A DNA stretch of 64,000 bases. It comes from Octopus vulgaris (lineage: Eukaryota). This document shows, in pieces, positions 51,269 to 64,000 of this stretch. The number at the start of each line of letters is the position of its first letter. Positions within the stretch are counted from its first letter, which is position 1. Location of the stretch: positions 19,592,001-19,656,000 of the forward strand of contig OX597836.1 of assembly GCA_951406725.2 (NCBI GenBank). Direction: 5' to 3'. The notes below the pieces were generated by a model that was not told the DNA's origin, did no database searches, and was given only the letters and a program-made list of their open reading frames with translations. The position numbers were made by a program, and so were the translations under genes.

Positions 51269-52382
51269 CATTAGATTAACAGATTATGCCAGATTGTTAA
51301 CAAGAGTTGTCCCAACAACTGAAATAGTTCCAGCATATCTCAAACATTAATGATAATATTTAAATGATCTCAATAATGTGTGTATACTTTGGTAATACAT
51401 GTGGCAATGTAGCAGACCAAACCAATTTGTTCCTGTCAAAAGCTTATATCTTCCAGACACAGTTTTGTGGATATAAATATTCTTTGCTTGGTATCTTCAG
51501 TGAACCCTTCTAGTGAAAAAGGGAACAGTAGGGATGGAGGTTTGTTTCTCAAGTTTAAAATAACATTGGCTCTTAACTCATAGTTCTAGAGCAGTACTGG
51601 TAACATGTAATCCAGGACAACTTGTTGCACAGTCCGGCGGTTAACAACTTAATTGGCAACACCGCCAAGTCTGTTTGGTAAGTAGGGTGGATTTTGGACC
51701 CCCCGTGGGATGAAAAGGGTGGGTAAGTCATCAGCTATACAATTACATGATAGATTGACTGATGGATTGATGAAGTTTCTGGTTTGGTACCCAGGTGTGC
51801 ATTTAGCCTACCAAGGTGTGTTGAACTCAAAGCCATACAGAAGGCAACTCCCCAGAGACAGTAAACTCCAATAGGAAAGAAGTATGTTATTCATAGAGTT
51901 TGTGGAATCCTGCCCATAGCATTTCACAAGTCTTTACTACTGAAATGAATCATCTGTGTGGTTAGCCTTACAGCCAGAGGGTGTTGGGCCCTCATATGCA
52001 GAGATGGATGAGAGAATCTACTACTAAAGATATATAAGTATGTATATCTTCCCCACCACCGAGTCTTACTGTATGGCACCTAGGAAAAAGTGTCTTCCAC
52101 TATAGCCCCAGGCTGACCAAAGCCTTGTGCATGGATTTAGTAGATGGAAACTGAAAGAAGCCCAACATATGTTTATTTGTGTGTACAGATGAATATGATA
52201 GATATGTATAACACTGCAGATAAATACACAAGTCTACATATGTGAAGAAGTCCTACTCTGGTGTGTTGTTGAAAGGGTAGTTCCTGACACTTGTTTCTGT
52301 ACCCCTACCTCTACAGTAGAGATGTCAAGAGGTGATAGCTTTACACATATGAAGTCATAAAAGTTTAATATATATATATATA

Positions 52383-52757
52383 TCTCTATATATATAAACG
52401 GCAAAATGTCTGCGTGTGTGTCCTTTATACAAATCCACAATTTTTCAGTTAGAGGGCTCACACTTTCTATGGTCATTCAAAACCATCCAAGGGTGGCCAT
52501 GCACATCTTTACATTTCCCCAGTCACCCACCAAAGCCTTTGAAAAATCAATGGAAGTGACTTTTTGGTGAATTTTCTATCCAAAACCTAATCTTAAAATG
52601 CCCGAAACTTGATATGCCAATTGAAAGCTTGCTAGCTGTATGTGATTGGTCGGAGATTTGGATTGGACAGTACTCGCGTGTATGTGCGCACGCACGCACG
52701 CAGCTGTATATGCATGCACTAGCACTATGACCTAGCAACGCCGGGTCATAGTGCTAG
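52383..52757 (+). mobile_element. Non-autonomous Helitron
   Basis: A|TC...CTAG|T termini, tctatatatataa start, and subterminal hairpin cctagcaacgccggg; no TSD. Confidence 0.75.
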
Positions 52758-53545
52758 TATATATATATATGATTGACTCCCCCGTCGAAGATGTATGAGC
52801 ATTCAGCTTTTGCCCAACGACCTGCACAAATGATTTGTCTATAGTGATTAAATGCTCATGCTGTACATTAGCTCACTCTCTCCAGAAAAATAATGTTGTT
52901 TGCATGAGTGCACTGTGTACCATTTGTCAGGTGCTGAAGCGATTGCAGAGCAACGTGAGATGACATGTTTTGCTCAAGAACACAACGCACCAACCAGTCT
53001 AGGAACTGAAATCCCAATCAGTAGACTACGAGTGCAACACCCTAACAACTAAGCCATGCGCCCTCACTTTATATATATATATATATATATACATGTATAT
53101 ATATATTACTCTAAGATTAGAAAATATATTGTTTTTATATTTGTTTTGCAAGATCTTTCTTTAATGAATTGTGTGCTGAAACAAATGTAATACATAGGGA
53201 GGATCATTTAGCCAACAAAGCAACATGCACAGGTTCAATTTCAGTTCTTCAGTCACCTAGGTAATGGGATAAATTGTTTGGTCAATTAATGAGTTGCTTC
53301 ATTGGAGTCTGTCACCTTAGTGATGTGACTACATCTACTCAACATCTGTCACAAGACCATCTTGTACTAGAAGTGGAGTAAATGATATGGGCATCACATG
53401 GATAGGATCGCAGTTGCAATGAGACAACTAAATGATTGCTCAAACAATTGGTAAATTAAACTTGATTATTTGATTCATAATGAATATATACACACAATAT
53501 GTGTGTATGTATATATATATGTGTGTGTGTGTGTATATATATATA

Positions 53546-53885
53546 TTGCTTTTGGATTTGGTTTGCAAGATTCTTTATGCAAGCTCGTGTGTTGAAGCAT
53601 ATTCTGTTGTGTCTGGAGAGAGTCATTCTCTTTTAGTGCCTTATTATTTAACATATTCACCAGTGAAATTTCCTTCTTTGGTTTTCTAAAATTTCCATTG
53701 CCTCTTGCAACCTTTTCAATAGTTACTGACTCTGTGAATAATGGACAGGGTCAACAAATATTTAAAAGGTTGCAAGATGCATCGAAAATTTTTTTTAAAT
53801 AATGGAAGAAATGAGTGGAAATTTTACTGGTGAGTGTATTAAATTATAAGGCACTGAAAGAGAATGAATCTCCCCAGACACAACA

Positions 53886-53887
<2 letters not shown>
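53546..53887. mobile_element. Foldback element embedded in (TA)n; relatives at 30013-30077 and about 53130-53200
   Basis: Inverted arms ctgttgtgtctggagaga...gcaaccttttcaata / tatttaaaaggttgc...tctccccagacacaacag. Confidence 0.7.
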
Positions 53888-53929
<42 letters not shown>

Positions 53930-54195
53930 CTATATATATATACATATATACCTATATATACACACACACATATTGTATTTTGGGATGGTCATAACAACAT
54001 TACAATAAATGATTTGTTGTAATTCATTATGGAGAACATCTTCCTGATGAAGGGGACATTATTGACCCAGATAAATTATATTTTCAAACTTTCTTACCTT
54101 ACTAAAATGTACTCGAGAAACAGCCGTGAAATGGCCCCTCCTCTAACCTACACTTTGTTTCTGAATTTACCTCTTTAATTATAAATGTATGTGTG

Positions 54196-54235
<40 letters not shown>

Positions 54236-55380
54236 CATATATACACAAACATACATGTATACATATGTAGATATATATATAAATTTTACATGTATATACA
54301 CATGTTCAATATATTATATATATAACTATACATATTTAATGATTTAAAAAAAAATAATCAATTTATAAATTTACACAATATATTTGATGTATCAAATATT
54401 AACATATAAAGGTCTTTTTAAGGAAAGACAGTCAATAACAAAACATGTAACCTGAATTATTGAAACAAAAATTAGAAATGTTTTTGTTCGTTTTAGAACT
54501 CAGAAAGTGCACTACACATTAATTCCCTCTACATTGATTCAAGCAAGCGCAGCTGAACACAACAGGAAGGAGATTTAAACCAGAAACAGAAGAAGCTGCA
54601 ATAGCTGAATGTGGGATTCAACACCATCAAAGAATGTTAAAAACTGTCGGTTCATCAGATTTTGTGTGGAGATATATTTTACCCAAGAGAGAGGATGTTG
54701 AGAGATAATAGAAAAAAAAAACAGATGCAGAAAGTGAGGGAAGGGGAGACTAAGGAAGAGAGGAAAGCAGAAGGCTGGGATGCGGGGGAGAGATCAGCAC
54801 ATCTTACTATTACACGTGCCTCTAGTTACTGTATCTGACTGCATAATAGATGCATGGGAATATATCGAATGCAGATCAATTTCAGCAGCAAATTGCAAGT
54901 TGGCTGTGTGTAACATATTCTGTATCTATATCTGAAGAAGCATAATGATACAGGAACACAAGTGTCCTATGGTCCAATGGACATCATTTGTGGTCCAATG
55001 ATGTGCTTTCACACATATTGTCTATAAAGAGAATTCTTCTCTTGAAAAAAGTTCTGCAGCAAAGGTCTTTCCACATAAAAGTCAACAAAAATGTGTTAAA
55101 TATAATTGTACACATGCTTTACAATCAGCATTGGTTTGTTGACATCCACGAACAGATTTTGCCAAAAGAGACTGATAGAAAAGAAATGGGTCCAAGGACA
55201 CTTCTGCCACTTGCTCACCCAAGTAAAGAAATCAAGAGAGAAAGAGTGGGGAAGAGTAGAGGAAGACACCCCCCTCCCAGAAATAGAGTGAACGACAAAG
55301 TTTTTAAATTCTTTGAGTGTGTTGCAATCACCAAGTGTAAAGGTTTCAAGACATTCTGAGATCAATACAGTTATACGTAC

Positions 55381-55407
55381 AAGATGGCGGCGAGAGTATT
55401 GGTAAAC
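55381..55407 (-). CDS. Probable lamin cassette microexon (VYQYSRRHL), or start of an alternative terminal exon
   Basis: Strong acceptor cctttttctttccAG; 27 nt frame-preserving; GTACGT donor. Read-through stays open to the stop at 55096. Confidence 0.5.
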
Positions 55408-56393
55408 CTGGAAAGAAAAAGGCTTTCTGCTTAAAATGGGTTAATATAAATCACATCATTAGCATTGCAGGGTGTGGGGTGTGTTTCTTCTTTAGCATTG
55501 GCCATGTTCACTTCAACAAGTTTATATCAATTAATGAACAAATAAAGGAACGCTTGTATTGAAAAATATTGACAGGGCAATATCAGAAGAATTAATTATG
55601 CAACAAAAATTATAATTTTACAAATTATTAAAAAAAGATTTAAATTGATAAAGTAATGTGAAGGTTATAAATTTACTTTTACAGGTTACAAATTAGAATG
55701 AAGGGAGTTAATCAATGTAAAAACAATTATAAATTAATAAGATTTATTAAAATTACATCCATAATTTGCATTAATGAAATTAACAGAAATAGCTTGGCCA
55801 ATACTGGACCAACAACTTCGACAGTTTGGCCAACTGGTGACCAATTCAATTTAGATAATGTCAAATAAAATAAAATTGATAAACAATATTAGAATTACAA
55901 AATATTTGGACAAAGATTTTAATTAATAAATTACAAAAAAAATAAACAAAAAATGTTAAAAATTCAATAATTATTAAGATAAAAAAATTAGACAAAAATA
56001 TTTCAACTAATTTTGATTTTTAACAAGGAAATTCATTAAAATTCTCACATTTAAGTAAAGAGTGTGAAGATATGTTGAAATATATATATATACAGATATA
56101 TATATATATATATCAGATGAATTAGTTATCAAGTTGATATACCCAGCTGGAGTTGAATTATGTTTCATACTGAGTTTAGTTGTTTGACTGTGGCCATGCT
56201 GAGGCACCCACATGCAAGGTATTTCTTTTTTTAATTCAAGATGATTATATCAACTGCTAATTCACCTTTCTTCACAAAAATGTTAACGATTAGACAAAAA
56301 TCGATTGGGGTATAAAAGAATATAATCAGAGCAGAACAAATTACAAGGGATTTTTGGGGGTTGACACACTGCTGTTTCCATTCTAAATTTATA

Positions 56394-56657
56394 GACTGGC
56401 TTCCATGCCGGTGGCACGTAAAATGCACCAATCCGACCGTGGCCGTTGCCAGCCTCGCCTGGCACCTGTGCAGGTGGCACGTAAAAAGCACCCACTACAC
56501 TCACGGAGTGGTTGGCGTTAGGAAGGGCATCCAGCTGTAGAAACATTGCCAGATAAGACTGGAGCCTGGTGCAGCCTTCTGGCTTCCCAGATCCCCGATC
56601 GAACCGTCCAACCCATGCTAGCATGGAGAACGGACATCGTTAAACGATGATGATGAT
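56394..56657 (+). mobile_element. RTE 3'-tail copy
   Basis: Highly similar to 16228-16499. Confidence 0.88.
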
Positions 56658-58461
56658 ACGTGAACATTTAATGATGTTCCACAACAAATGGAAAATTCAC
56701 ATAAAATATGTTAATTCCACACCAGTCATCACCTAAAAAGATCATAACAATTTCGTGATGAACTAGATCATTTGTAGTGGTACCAGTGGCAAGCTACAGG
56801 GAATAGTGAACAAACATACAGAACAATGATACACACACATATCATCGTAATGATCACTTTTCTATGCCTGCATGGGTTAGATGGAATTCGTCGAGACAGA
56901 TTTTCTACAGCATGATGCCCTTCCTGTTACTAACTGTCACCTTTTCCCAAGATATTTCCTCATTTCTAGATGTGTTTCACAGAAACCTGGAAACAAACAT
57001 CACTAGGTTGATGGTGATGCTCATTTACAACCATTATGTCATATCAAACATAGGTGCACACACAAGGTTTTTTTTCAGTTTCTGTGTACCAAATCCACTC
57101 AATGCTTTGGTTGGTTCAAAGCTATAGAAGAAGACCTGCCCAAGGTGCCATGCAATGGGACTGAACCCAAGACCATATGTTTTAGAGGCAAGCTTCTGAA
57201 ATACACAGCGATGCCTATACCTATTCTATATACACACACACACACACACGATAGCATTTAGGCAGGTGATTAGTGCTGAGCTGACAACTTTAAAATTGTG
57301 GCTTTGACAGCTGAACCAAATAGTACCTGGCACCGGCATAGGTGCTCGTGAGTGTTGGTGCCATGTAAAAGCACCCATCAGGCCTGTCTTTCCACAATAC
57401 AAATAAATGTCCACCCAGAATATTCTGAAGCGCCCCCAGGCACCAAAGTCTGGCAATGGTACCTGTGCTGGTGCCAGGTAAAAGTGCCCAGTACACTCTG
57501 TAAAGTGATTGACATTAGTAAGGGTATCCACTTGTAGGAATCATACCAAGACAGTCAAATGGACAGCTCTCAAACTGACCAACTCTTGCCAAACCGTCCA
57601 GCCCATACCTGCATGGAAAACAGATGTTAAATGATGATGACTGATTTGTTCGAGCAAACTCTTCAGATTAGTGCCCCAACACGACTACAGTCCAATGACT
57701 AAAACAAGTAAAAAGGTAAAAATTTATATGGATGTAGACATACACGTATAACAAAGTTTGTACCAAAGTCACTTTGTTTTAATTTGAACCCCCCCTGTAT
57801 GACACCTTAGGCAACTATCTTCTTTCATAGTCTCATTGAACTAAAACATCCAAGTGGAAATTTGGTCAAGAGAAATTGCAGAGGCATGTCATGAGGATAT
57901 GACTAATACTTATAGCCCTTCACTCAAAAGTTGAGGATGATTTGGTAGCATGTAACATGCTTTCACTAATTGTTTCGGGTATCTGTGTAGTCACAGCAGA
58001 TGTAGACACCCTCTTGATCCTCTCATCCTAGATTCAGTGGTACATATGGGATGTGAAGGCGGTGAGCTGGCAGAAACGTTAGCATGCCGGGCGAAATGCT
58101 TGGTGGTATTTCGTCTGCCGCTACATTCTGAGTTCAAAATCCGCCCAGGTCAACTTTGCCTTTCATCCTTTCGGGGTCGATTAAATAAGTACCAGTTACG
58201 CACTGGGGGGTCGATATAATCGACTAAATCCGTTTGTCCCTTCTGTGTTTAGCCCCTTGAGGGTAGTAAAGAAATAGGTACATCTGGGATGTAATAGTTA
58301 GATAGAAAGAGGGGACTACACCAATAATTGATTGGTATGCTTTTCAACTTTGTAGATTGGTGTGAAATGCAATGAGGGGTTTTGCTCATTGTGTCCTTCA
58401 AAAGCATCTTGCGATAATATAAATATAAATTCTAATTTCCAAGATTTGATTAAGTACTTAC

Positions 58462-58548
58462 AGAGCTATCAGACTCATCTCTGGGTGCTGTCCTGAAACT
58501 CGAAGAAGTGTGTAACATAGATTTTGACATCTCACAACTGGCCATTTC
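58462..58548 (-). CDS. Lamin exon: end of Ig-fold and distal tail
   Basis: EMASCEMSKSMLHTSSSFRTAPRDESDSS; polypyrimidine-AG acceptor and GTAAGT donor; 87 nt, phase 0/0. Confidence 0.88.
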
Positions 58549-59492
58549 CTGAAGAAAGAAAAGGAAACAAAATTAAAACTATTTTCATTTGTTTGTGTCA
58601 CAAAACATCCGACTTCACATTCTAATGAATTTCACAAGACATCATAATAGGACAAACTTCAGCCATTTCAATGTTTTACTAGGTCATCTCACTCAAGTTA
58701 AATCTACATTGATTTCAGTTAGCGAACCCCTAATATTGTTCTACATACCTATTTCTTCCTCGTTTTTATGTCCATTTTTCAATGCTTGCAATGGTCAGAC
58801 AGATTATTGAAGCTGATTTTTTTATGGCTAATACCCTGCCTGTCATCAACCTTTAGTTCTTCAAGTAAGGTAATATTTCCCTCGTGGTCAGACATGTTTT
58901 TGCAGAAGATTGGAAATGAATGATACTGCTTACATGACAGTGATGTCAAAACAAGAGGACACAAACACATGACAAGCTTCCACACAGTTTCCAACTACTA
59001 AACCCACTCACCAAGCTCTGGGCAGAAGACACTTGCTTAACTCTTTAGCATTTAAATTTCTCGTCAAATGCAATGCTTATTCATTCACATTGTTTTGAAT
59101 CAATCATTCATTCATTTCATGGCTTCAAGATTTTGAAGATGTGATTATTTATTTTTAGAATGACATTGTAGGCTGGGTGTGAGAGGCTGGATCTGGCCTG
59201 TTTGAATATAAAACGAGTAGAATATTTGGGCCATATATGGCCAGCTTAAATGCTAAAGGGTTCAGGTTCCACAGTGGGACTGAATCTGAAATATGGTTGG
59301 GAAAAAACACATGAGTTAAATTCATCTTTCAGTGGTAAGGCTTTGCTTTATGATGAGCTATATCTTAAAAGGCCCATTGATAGAGAAAGGGTACCTATGA
59401 CATCTGCTTAAGAATTTGTGCAATTATTTTTTATTATAAAAAGCATCTCACAGACTCATCTTGTTCCTAACCCCTGACCAAGTTTTACTTAC

Positions 59493-59609
59493 CTCACCAG
59501 AGTTGCTCAACAAAGTTGTTCTCATGCTGTCTGACACAAACCACCTTTGGGATTTCATAACCAAATCTGATGGAGGGTTATGTGTCTGGCCACTATCTGC
59601 ACTCCAAAC
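59493..59609 (-). CDS. Lamin tail domain exon
   Basis: [39 protein letters not shown] (cf. IWAAGAGATHSPPTDLVWK...RTALINSTGE); AG/GTAAGT boundaries; 117 nt, phase 0/0. Confidence 0.93.
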
Positions 59610-60883
59610 CTGAAGACGAACAGAAAAAGAGAGAAAAAAAATATATAAAAGTGGTTAAACTATTGAAAAAGAACGAGTTATTGTACGATAGTTTCACTTA
59701 ATTCTAGATTATTTTGATAATGCCGTTTTCTGTTTTAAGAACTAAAAATGGTTAAAGCAATAGGTTAGACAAAAATTGAGGAATTGTTTTATAGCCAGAT
59801 GCCCTTCCTGTTACTAACCCATACCTTTTTTCAAGTAAGGAATCTCTTATTTCACATACTTTTGAAGGTGCAAAGGCAGTAGACAATTTAACATGGGAAA
59901 ATGACAACAAAATACACACACTGTGTGTGTATCTATCTTTATATGTATATATACATTTGCATACATACATAGAAAAAGCCAACCATCAAATCCATCCACA
60001 AGATTTTTTGGTCTGTTGGGCTATAATAAAAGACACTTGTTCAAGGTACTGTGCAATAGGACTGAACCCTAAACCAAGTGCTTGGGAAGTAAACTTAACC
60101 TGCACCTATTGAATATATGAATGAAGGATAACACTACTTAGTTACCAGAGAGAGAGTTATGTTCTGTTCTTTGCCATCTGCTTTAACCCTTTAGTATTCA
60201 GATGACTGTCAAGTGTAATGCTCATTTATTCACAATGCTTGGAATTAACTATGCACTATCTTGTAGCTTTGAGATTTTGATGTGGTTGTATATTTTTTTA
60301 GAATAATATTGTAAGGTCAGTGTTAGAGACCAGATCTTGACAGTTGGAACATAAAACAGATTGAATATTTGGGACGGATATGGCCGGTTTAAATGCCAAA
60401 GGATCACAGGACCCCAGAGCAGGGAATAGCAACCTGCAGTGCTCAGGCTGCACGTGGTCCATTACAACTTCTCATGTTTAAAGATTTTGCAAATTATACA
60501 AACAATTTTTTTACTAAAAGTTTGTAAACTTGAGCGCATTTGCTTGCTTGCAGCAAAAGAGGATGACTATCCAGTCAACCGTGCCAAATCATTGGTATTC
60601 ATAGTGGCACTCAACCACGTCATTCTGAACCACCAGATAATAAAACAGCTGACAAACCAGGTTTATTATTACATAAATTGAGAGATATAGAAAAAAACCA
60701 TTTTGACAAAGAGGGAGTATCCCTACAGTCAGTAACCCAGACTACTAGAAAAAGTAGCCAAATCTCTGTCACAACTGGAATGTATTGAAGATAAGTTTGC
60801 TCAATTAGGGGTTGACCTAGGGCTAAGCAACATTTCCAACATAAATAGTGTAACAGAGTGAGAACAAGTGGAAGAATACTTAC

Positions 60884-60988
60884 GGTGATTGTAGCACCAG
60901 GTTTTACAACGGCTTTTGAATGGAACTTGAAAACAGTCTCATCTACTCCGGTATCATGCTTTAGTTGCCAGCCACCAATGCCCATATC
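60884..60988 (-). CDS. Lamin tail domain exon
   Basis: DMGIGGWQLKHDTGVDETVFKFHSKAVVKPGATIT (cf. lamin GNWQIKR...YRFPPKFTLKAGQVVT); AG/GTAAGT boundaries; 105 nt, phase 0/0. Confidence 0.92.
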
Positions 60989-61234
60989 CTAGAACCAATA
61001 GACAAAATGAGATTATCAAATTTATAATAATAATAGCTTCAAATTTCGGTACAAGGTCATAATTTCGTGGGGAGGGGGCTAAGTTGATTAGATCAACCCC
61101 AGTGTTCAACTCGTACATATTTTATTGATCCTGAAAAGATGAAAGTGAAAGTCGACTCTGGAAGCATTTGAACTCAGAAAGTAAAGATGGACAAAATGCT
61201 GCTAAGCATTCTGCCTGCTCACCACCTTAGCAAC

Positions 61235-61537
61235 AGACCGGGCGTTGTGTGTATTTATTGAGCGAAAACACCTAAAGCTCCACGAGGCTCTGGCAGGGGG
61301 TGATGGTGACCCAAGGTGTACTCTTTCGCTCCAACTTTCTCTCACTATTTCTTCCCGTTTCTTGTCCGCGACTTCCTACGCAACCGCTGAGCCTGGATGC
61401 TCTCGGTGTTGGGGGGTTGACCCGCTTTCTCTTCTGCGGGTCTTACGAATAGCAAAGGACCACGTTTCGGACTTCTCCCACTCTGGGACAAAAACTGCTT
61501 CGCTCAACAAACAAACAAACAAGCAACAGCAACAACA
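61235..61537 (+). mobile_element. 5'-truncated SINE with the same core and a third type of tail
   Basis: agaccgggcgttgtg...gagcgaaaacacctaaagctccacgagg core; (AAC/AAAC)n end. Confidence 0.75.
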
Positions 61538-62456
61538 TGTAAAAGCTTAGAAATTGTAAAATAAACATTTTTAACAGCTATGTCTTTAGTGTTGGTAAAT
61601 ATTCATCCCAGTTTTTTGAGACATATAAGCTGCCATCTTCAGCAGGGCAGCAGTCTGTTGTAAGGTAAAGATCCAGTTTCAGATGACCAAACTGGACAAC
61701 ATGAAATCCAGCACCTTGCTCAAGGACAACACAGCACCCAGCCCAACAAAAGAATTGAAACAATTTTATGATCCTGAGCCAAACACTAACCACTAAGCCA
61801 ACATACCCCTGATTTAATCAACTCAAATATTTGACTGGGGCTGACTTCTCAGCAATAAGACATGGCAAAATTAATATCAGAGAATTTACATCCTTTTGGG
61901 CTCAATAAAATATGGAAATATAATAAATTCTAATTTAGGAACACAGCCAAAAATTTTGAAGAGGGTTAGCTGATACCAGTAACCTCAGTACACAACTGGT
62001 ACGTTGTTTTGTTGGCCCTGAACTGATGAAAAACAAAGCTGACTTTAATGGGATTTGAACACACAGGAAAAGTATCAGATGAAATACGACAAAGAAGTTT
62101 TTCTGACACTTTAACAATTCTGCTAAACTATTGCCCTAATGGCTTCTGTAATAAGTGTTCCTAAAATAGAGTGAAGGCCTGACATTCTGGAGAGGAAGGC
62201 ACTGGGTCGAGGCTTTACTGATTTCAACACTCAATTGGTACTTTCTTTTATTAACCTTAGAGGGATGAAAGACCAAACTGACCTTGGTATTGGTCAAAGT
62301 TAAACGCAGAATGTAAAAAGCTGAGACAAATACCACAAAGTATTGTTTCAAATTTTGGTGCAAGGCCGGCAATTTTAGTGGGAGAGTCTCAGTTGAATAC
62401 ATGATTGGAGCCACTACACTATTCTTATTATTTCTTGAATAAATAAATTCACTGAC

Positions 62457-62673
62457 CTTCTCACCAGAGTTGATTAATTTGATAAACTTCCCATCAGAAT
62501 CTACTGTGTCAATACTTAAGGCTGATTTACACTGGTTTTTTGAGGCATAACCTTCATTCTTTGAAGAGACCTCTTCGCTGCTGGTTTCTGTAGTCACTTT
62601 GCGTTTCTTGCCTCGAAGTTGAGTCGAACTTCGAGCCTTGGGAGAAGCGCATTCGGAGGCAGAGAGGTTCAAT
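62457..62673 (-). CDS. Nuclear lamin exon: end of rod, NLS (KKRK), start of Ig-fold tail domain
   Basis: (R)LNLSASECASPKARSSTQLRGKKRKVTTET...LSIDTVDSDGKFIKLINSGEK. catAG acceptor (phase 2) and GTCAGT donor (phase 0), the same boundaries as vertebrate lamin exon 7. Confidence 0.9.
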
Positions 62674-62971
62674 CTATGGAAGAAAGAAAGAAAGGAAAAT
62701 TTTTAAAAAAAAGCAAATTAATACATCAAATGTAACAATTAAAACACTCTCTTATATTTCACCATCTGGAATTTTTTTTTGGTATGAAGAAACCTAAGAA
62801 AGCTTTGGTGATAGAAAGACATTTGGGCATAAAAGCCACCGTCTAAAATAAGTATTCATCTGATCAATGCCAGCACAAGAAAATGGACATAAAACATCTT
62901 AACAGTAATCTCACAAATTGTAGCTGTAACTCAGCCTGTTGTGTATGTGGAGTGTGAGTGAGTGAGAGTGA

Positions 62972-63017
<46 letters not shown>

Positions 63018-63071
63018 CCTTGTCTTGATATGTGATTGTTAAAAACAAGCATCGTCACACAAGTAGTGTCT

Positions 63072-63530
63072 CATCATCATCATCGTTTAACGTCTGCTTT
63101 CCATGCTAGCATGGGTTGGACAGTTCAACTGGGGTCTGGGAAGCCAGAAGGCTGCACCAGGCCCAGTCTGATCTGGCAGTGTTTCTACAGCTGGATGCCC
63201 TTCCTAATGCCAACCACTCCGTGAGTGTAGTGGGTGCTTTTTTACGTGCCACCGACACAGAGACCAGTCGAGGCTGGCGACGGCCACGATCGGATGGTGC
63301 TTTTTACGTGCCACCAGCACGGAGACCAGACGAGGCTGGCGACAGCCACGATCAAATGGTGCTTTTTACGTGCCACCAGCACGGAGACCAGACGAGGCTG
63401 GCAACGGCCACAATCAGATGGTGCTTTTTACGTGCCACCAGCACAGAGGCCAGTCAAGACGGCGCTGGCTACGGCCACGTTTGGATGGTTCTCTTACGTG
63501 TCACCGGCACTGGTATCACAGCTACAAATT
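63072..63530 (-). mobile_element. RTE 3'-tail copy with about four ~63-bp internal repeats
   Basis: Tail motif plus repeated ggtgctttttacgtgccaccagcacggagaccag units. Confidence 0.85.
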
Positions 63531-64000
63531 CCCAGTTATCCATGAAAGCACACAGATACACATACACTCACACACAATGAGTTTCTTTCCATTTCCACAT
63601 CTACCAAATTCACTCATGGGGCATTGGTCCACCAGGGACTTACAGTAAGATACATGCCCAAGGTGCTATGCAGAGGGACTGAACCTAAAGTTGTGTGTTT
63701 CAGAAGAAAGCTTCTTAACTACACAGTCATACCTGTGCTTATTTTTCAACTAAGTGTTTATAGAAAGAAGAAATTTAATTAGTTACTACTTATTAGAGAG
63801 GTTAAGGAAGAGGAAGACATGGGATGAAGTATTAAAGGTTGATCTCAAAACGCCAAGCCTTATGAAGGGGACAACAGAGGACCAAGCTATGTAGTGCATT
63901 GCCGTACTCAAGAAGACCCACCCACCACAACAGAATTGGGATTCTAAAACAAAGGTGCCACATAAAAAGCACCCAGTACACTCTGTAAAGTGGTTGGCAT

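Noticed and set aside
51743-51778. Minus-strand AG followed by phase-0 KLHQSISQSIM*, resembling a decayed CaaX (CSIM) exon
   Set aside because: There is no polypyrimidine tract, Cys to Gln needs at least three base changes from TGY to CAA, and the region looks repeat-derived. Probably chance.
56341-56382. Possible lamin terminal exon NGNSSVSTPKNPL*
   Set aside because: The acceptor lacks a pyrimidine tract and abuts an RTE tail insertion.

Overview
AT-rich, repeat-dense animal genomic DNA, most likely an octopus (inferred from the SINE, RTE and MITE repertoire). Two spliced genes lie on the minus strand. The first is the 5' coding part of mitochondrial glycerol-3-phosphate dehydrogenase (GPD2), with exons at 4259-4366 and 850-1012. 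The second is the 3' half of a nuclear lamin, with NLS and Ig-fold exons at 62457-62673, 60884-60988, 59493-59609 and 58462-58548. I found no CaaX exon. The lamin tail is instead predicted to be completed by a 28-nt microexon (44033-44060) and a last exon supplying only GG-TAA (42809-42813), giving ...TPQKKGWIFW*. A probable 27-nt cassette microexon (55381-55407) and alternative C-termini are also present. The remainder is transposon-derived: a young 5'-truncated RTE LINE with an uninterrupted 973-codon ORF carrying a PHD finger, many RTE 3' tails, CR1, L1/Tx1, R4/Dong, Gypsy and mariner relics, piggyBac-, Merlin-, hAT- and Helitron-type non-autonomous elements, several tRNA-derived SINE families, and several minimal hammerhead-ribozyme motifs in Penelope-like repeats. 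All calls were made by eye with no database searches. Boundaries of degraded repeats are approximate.
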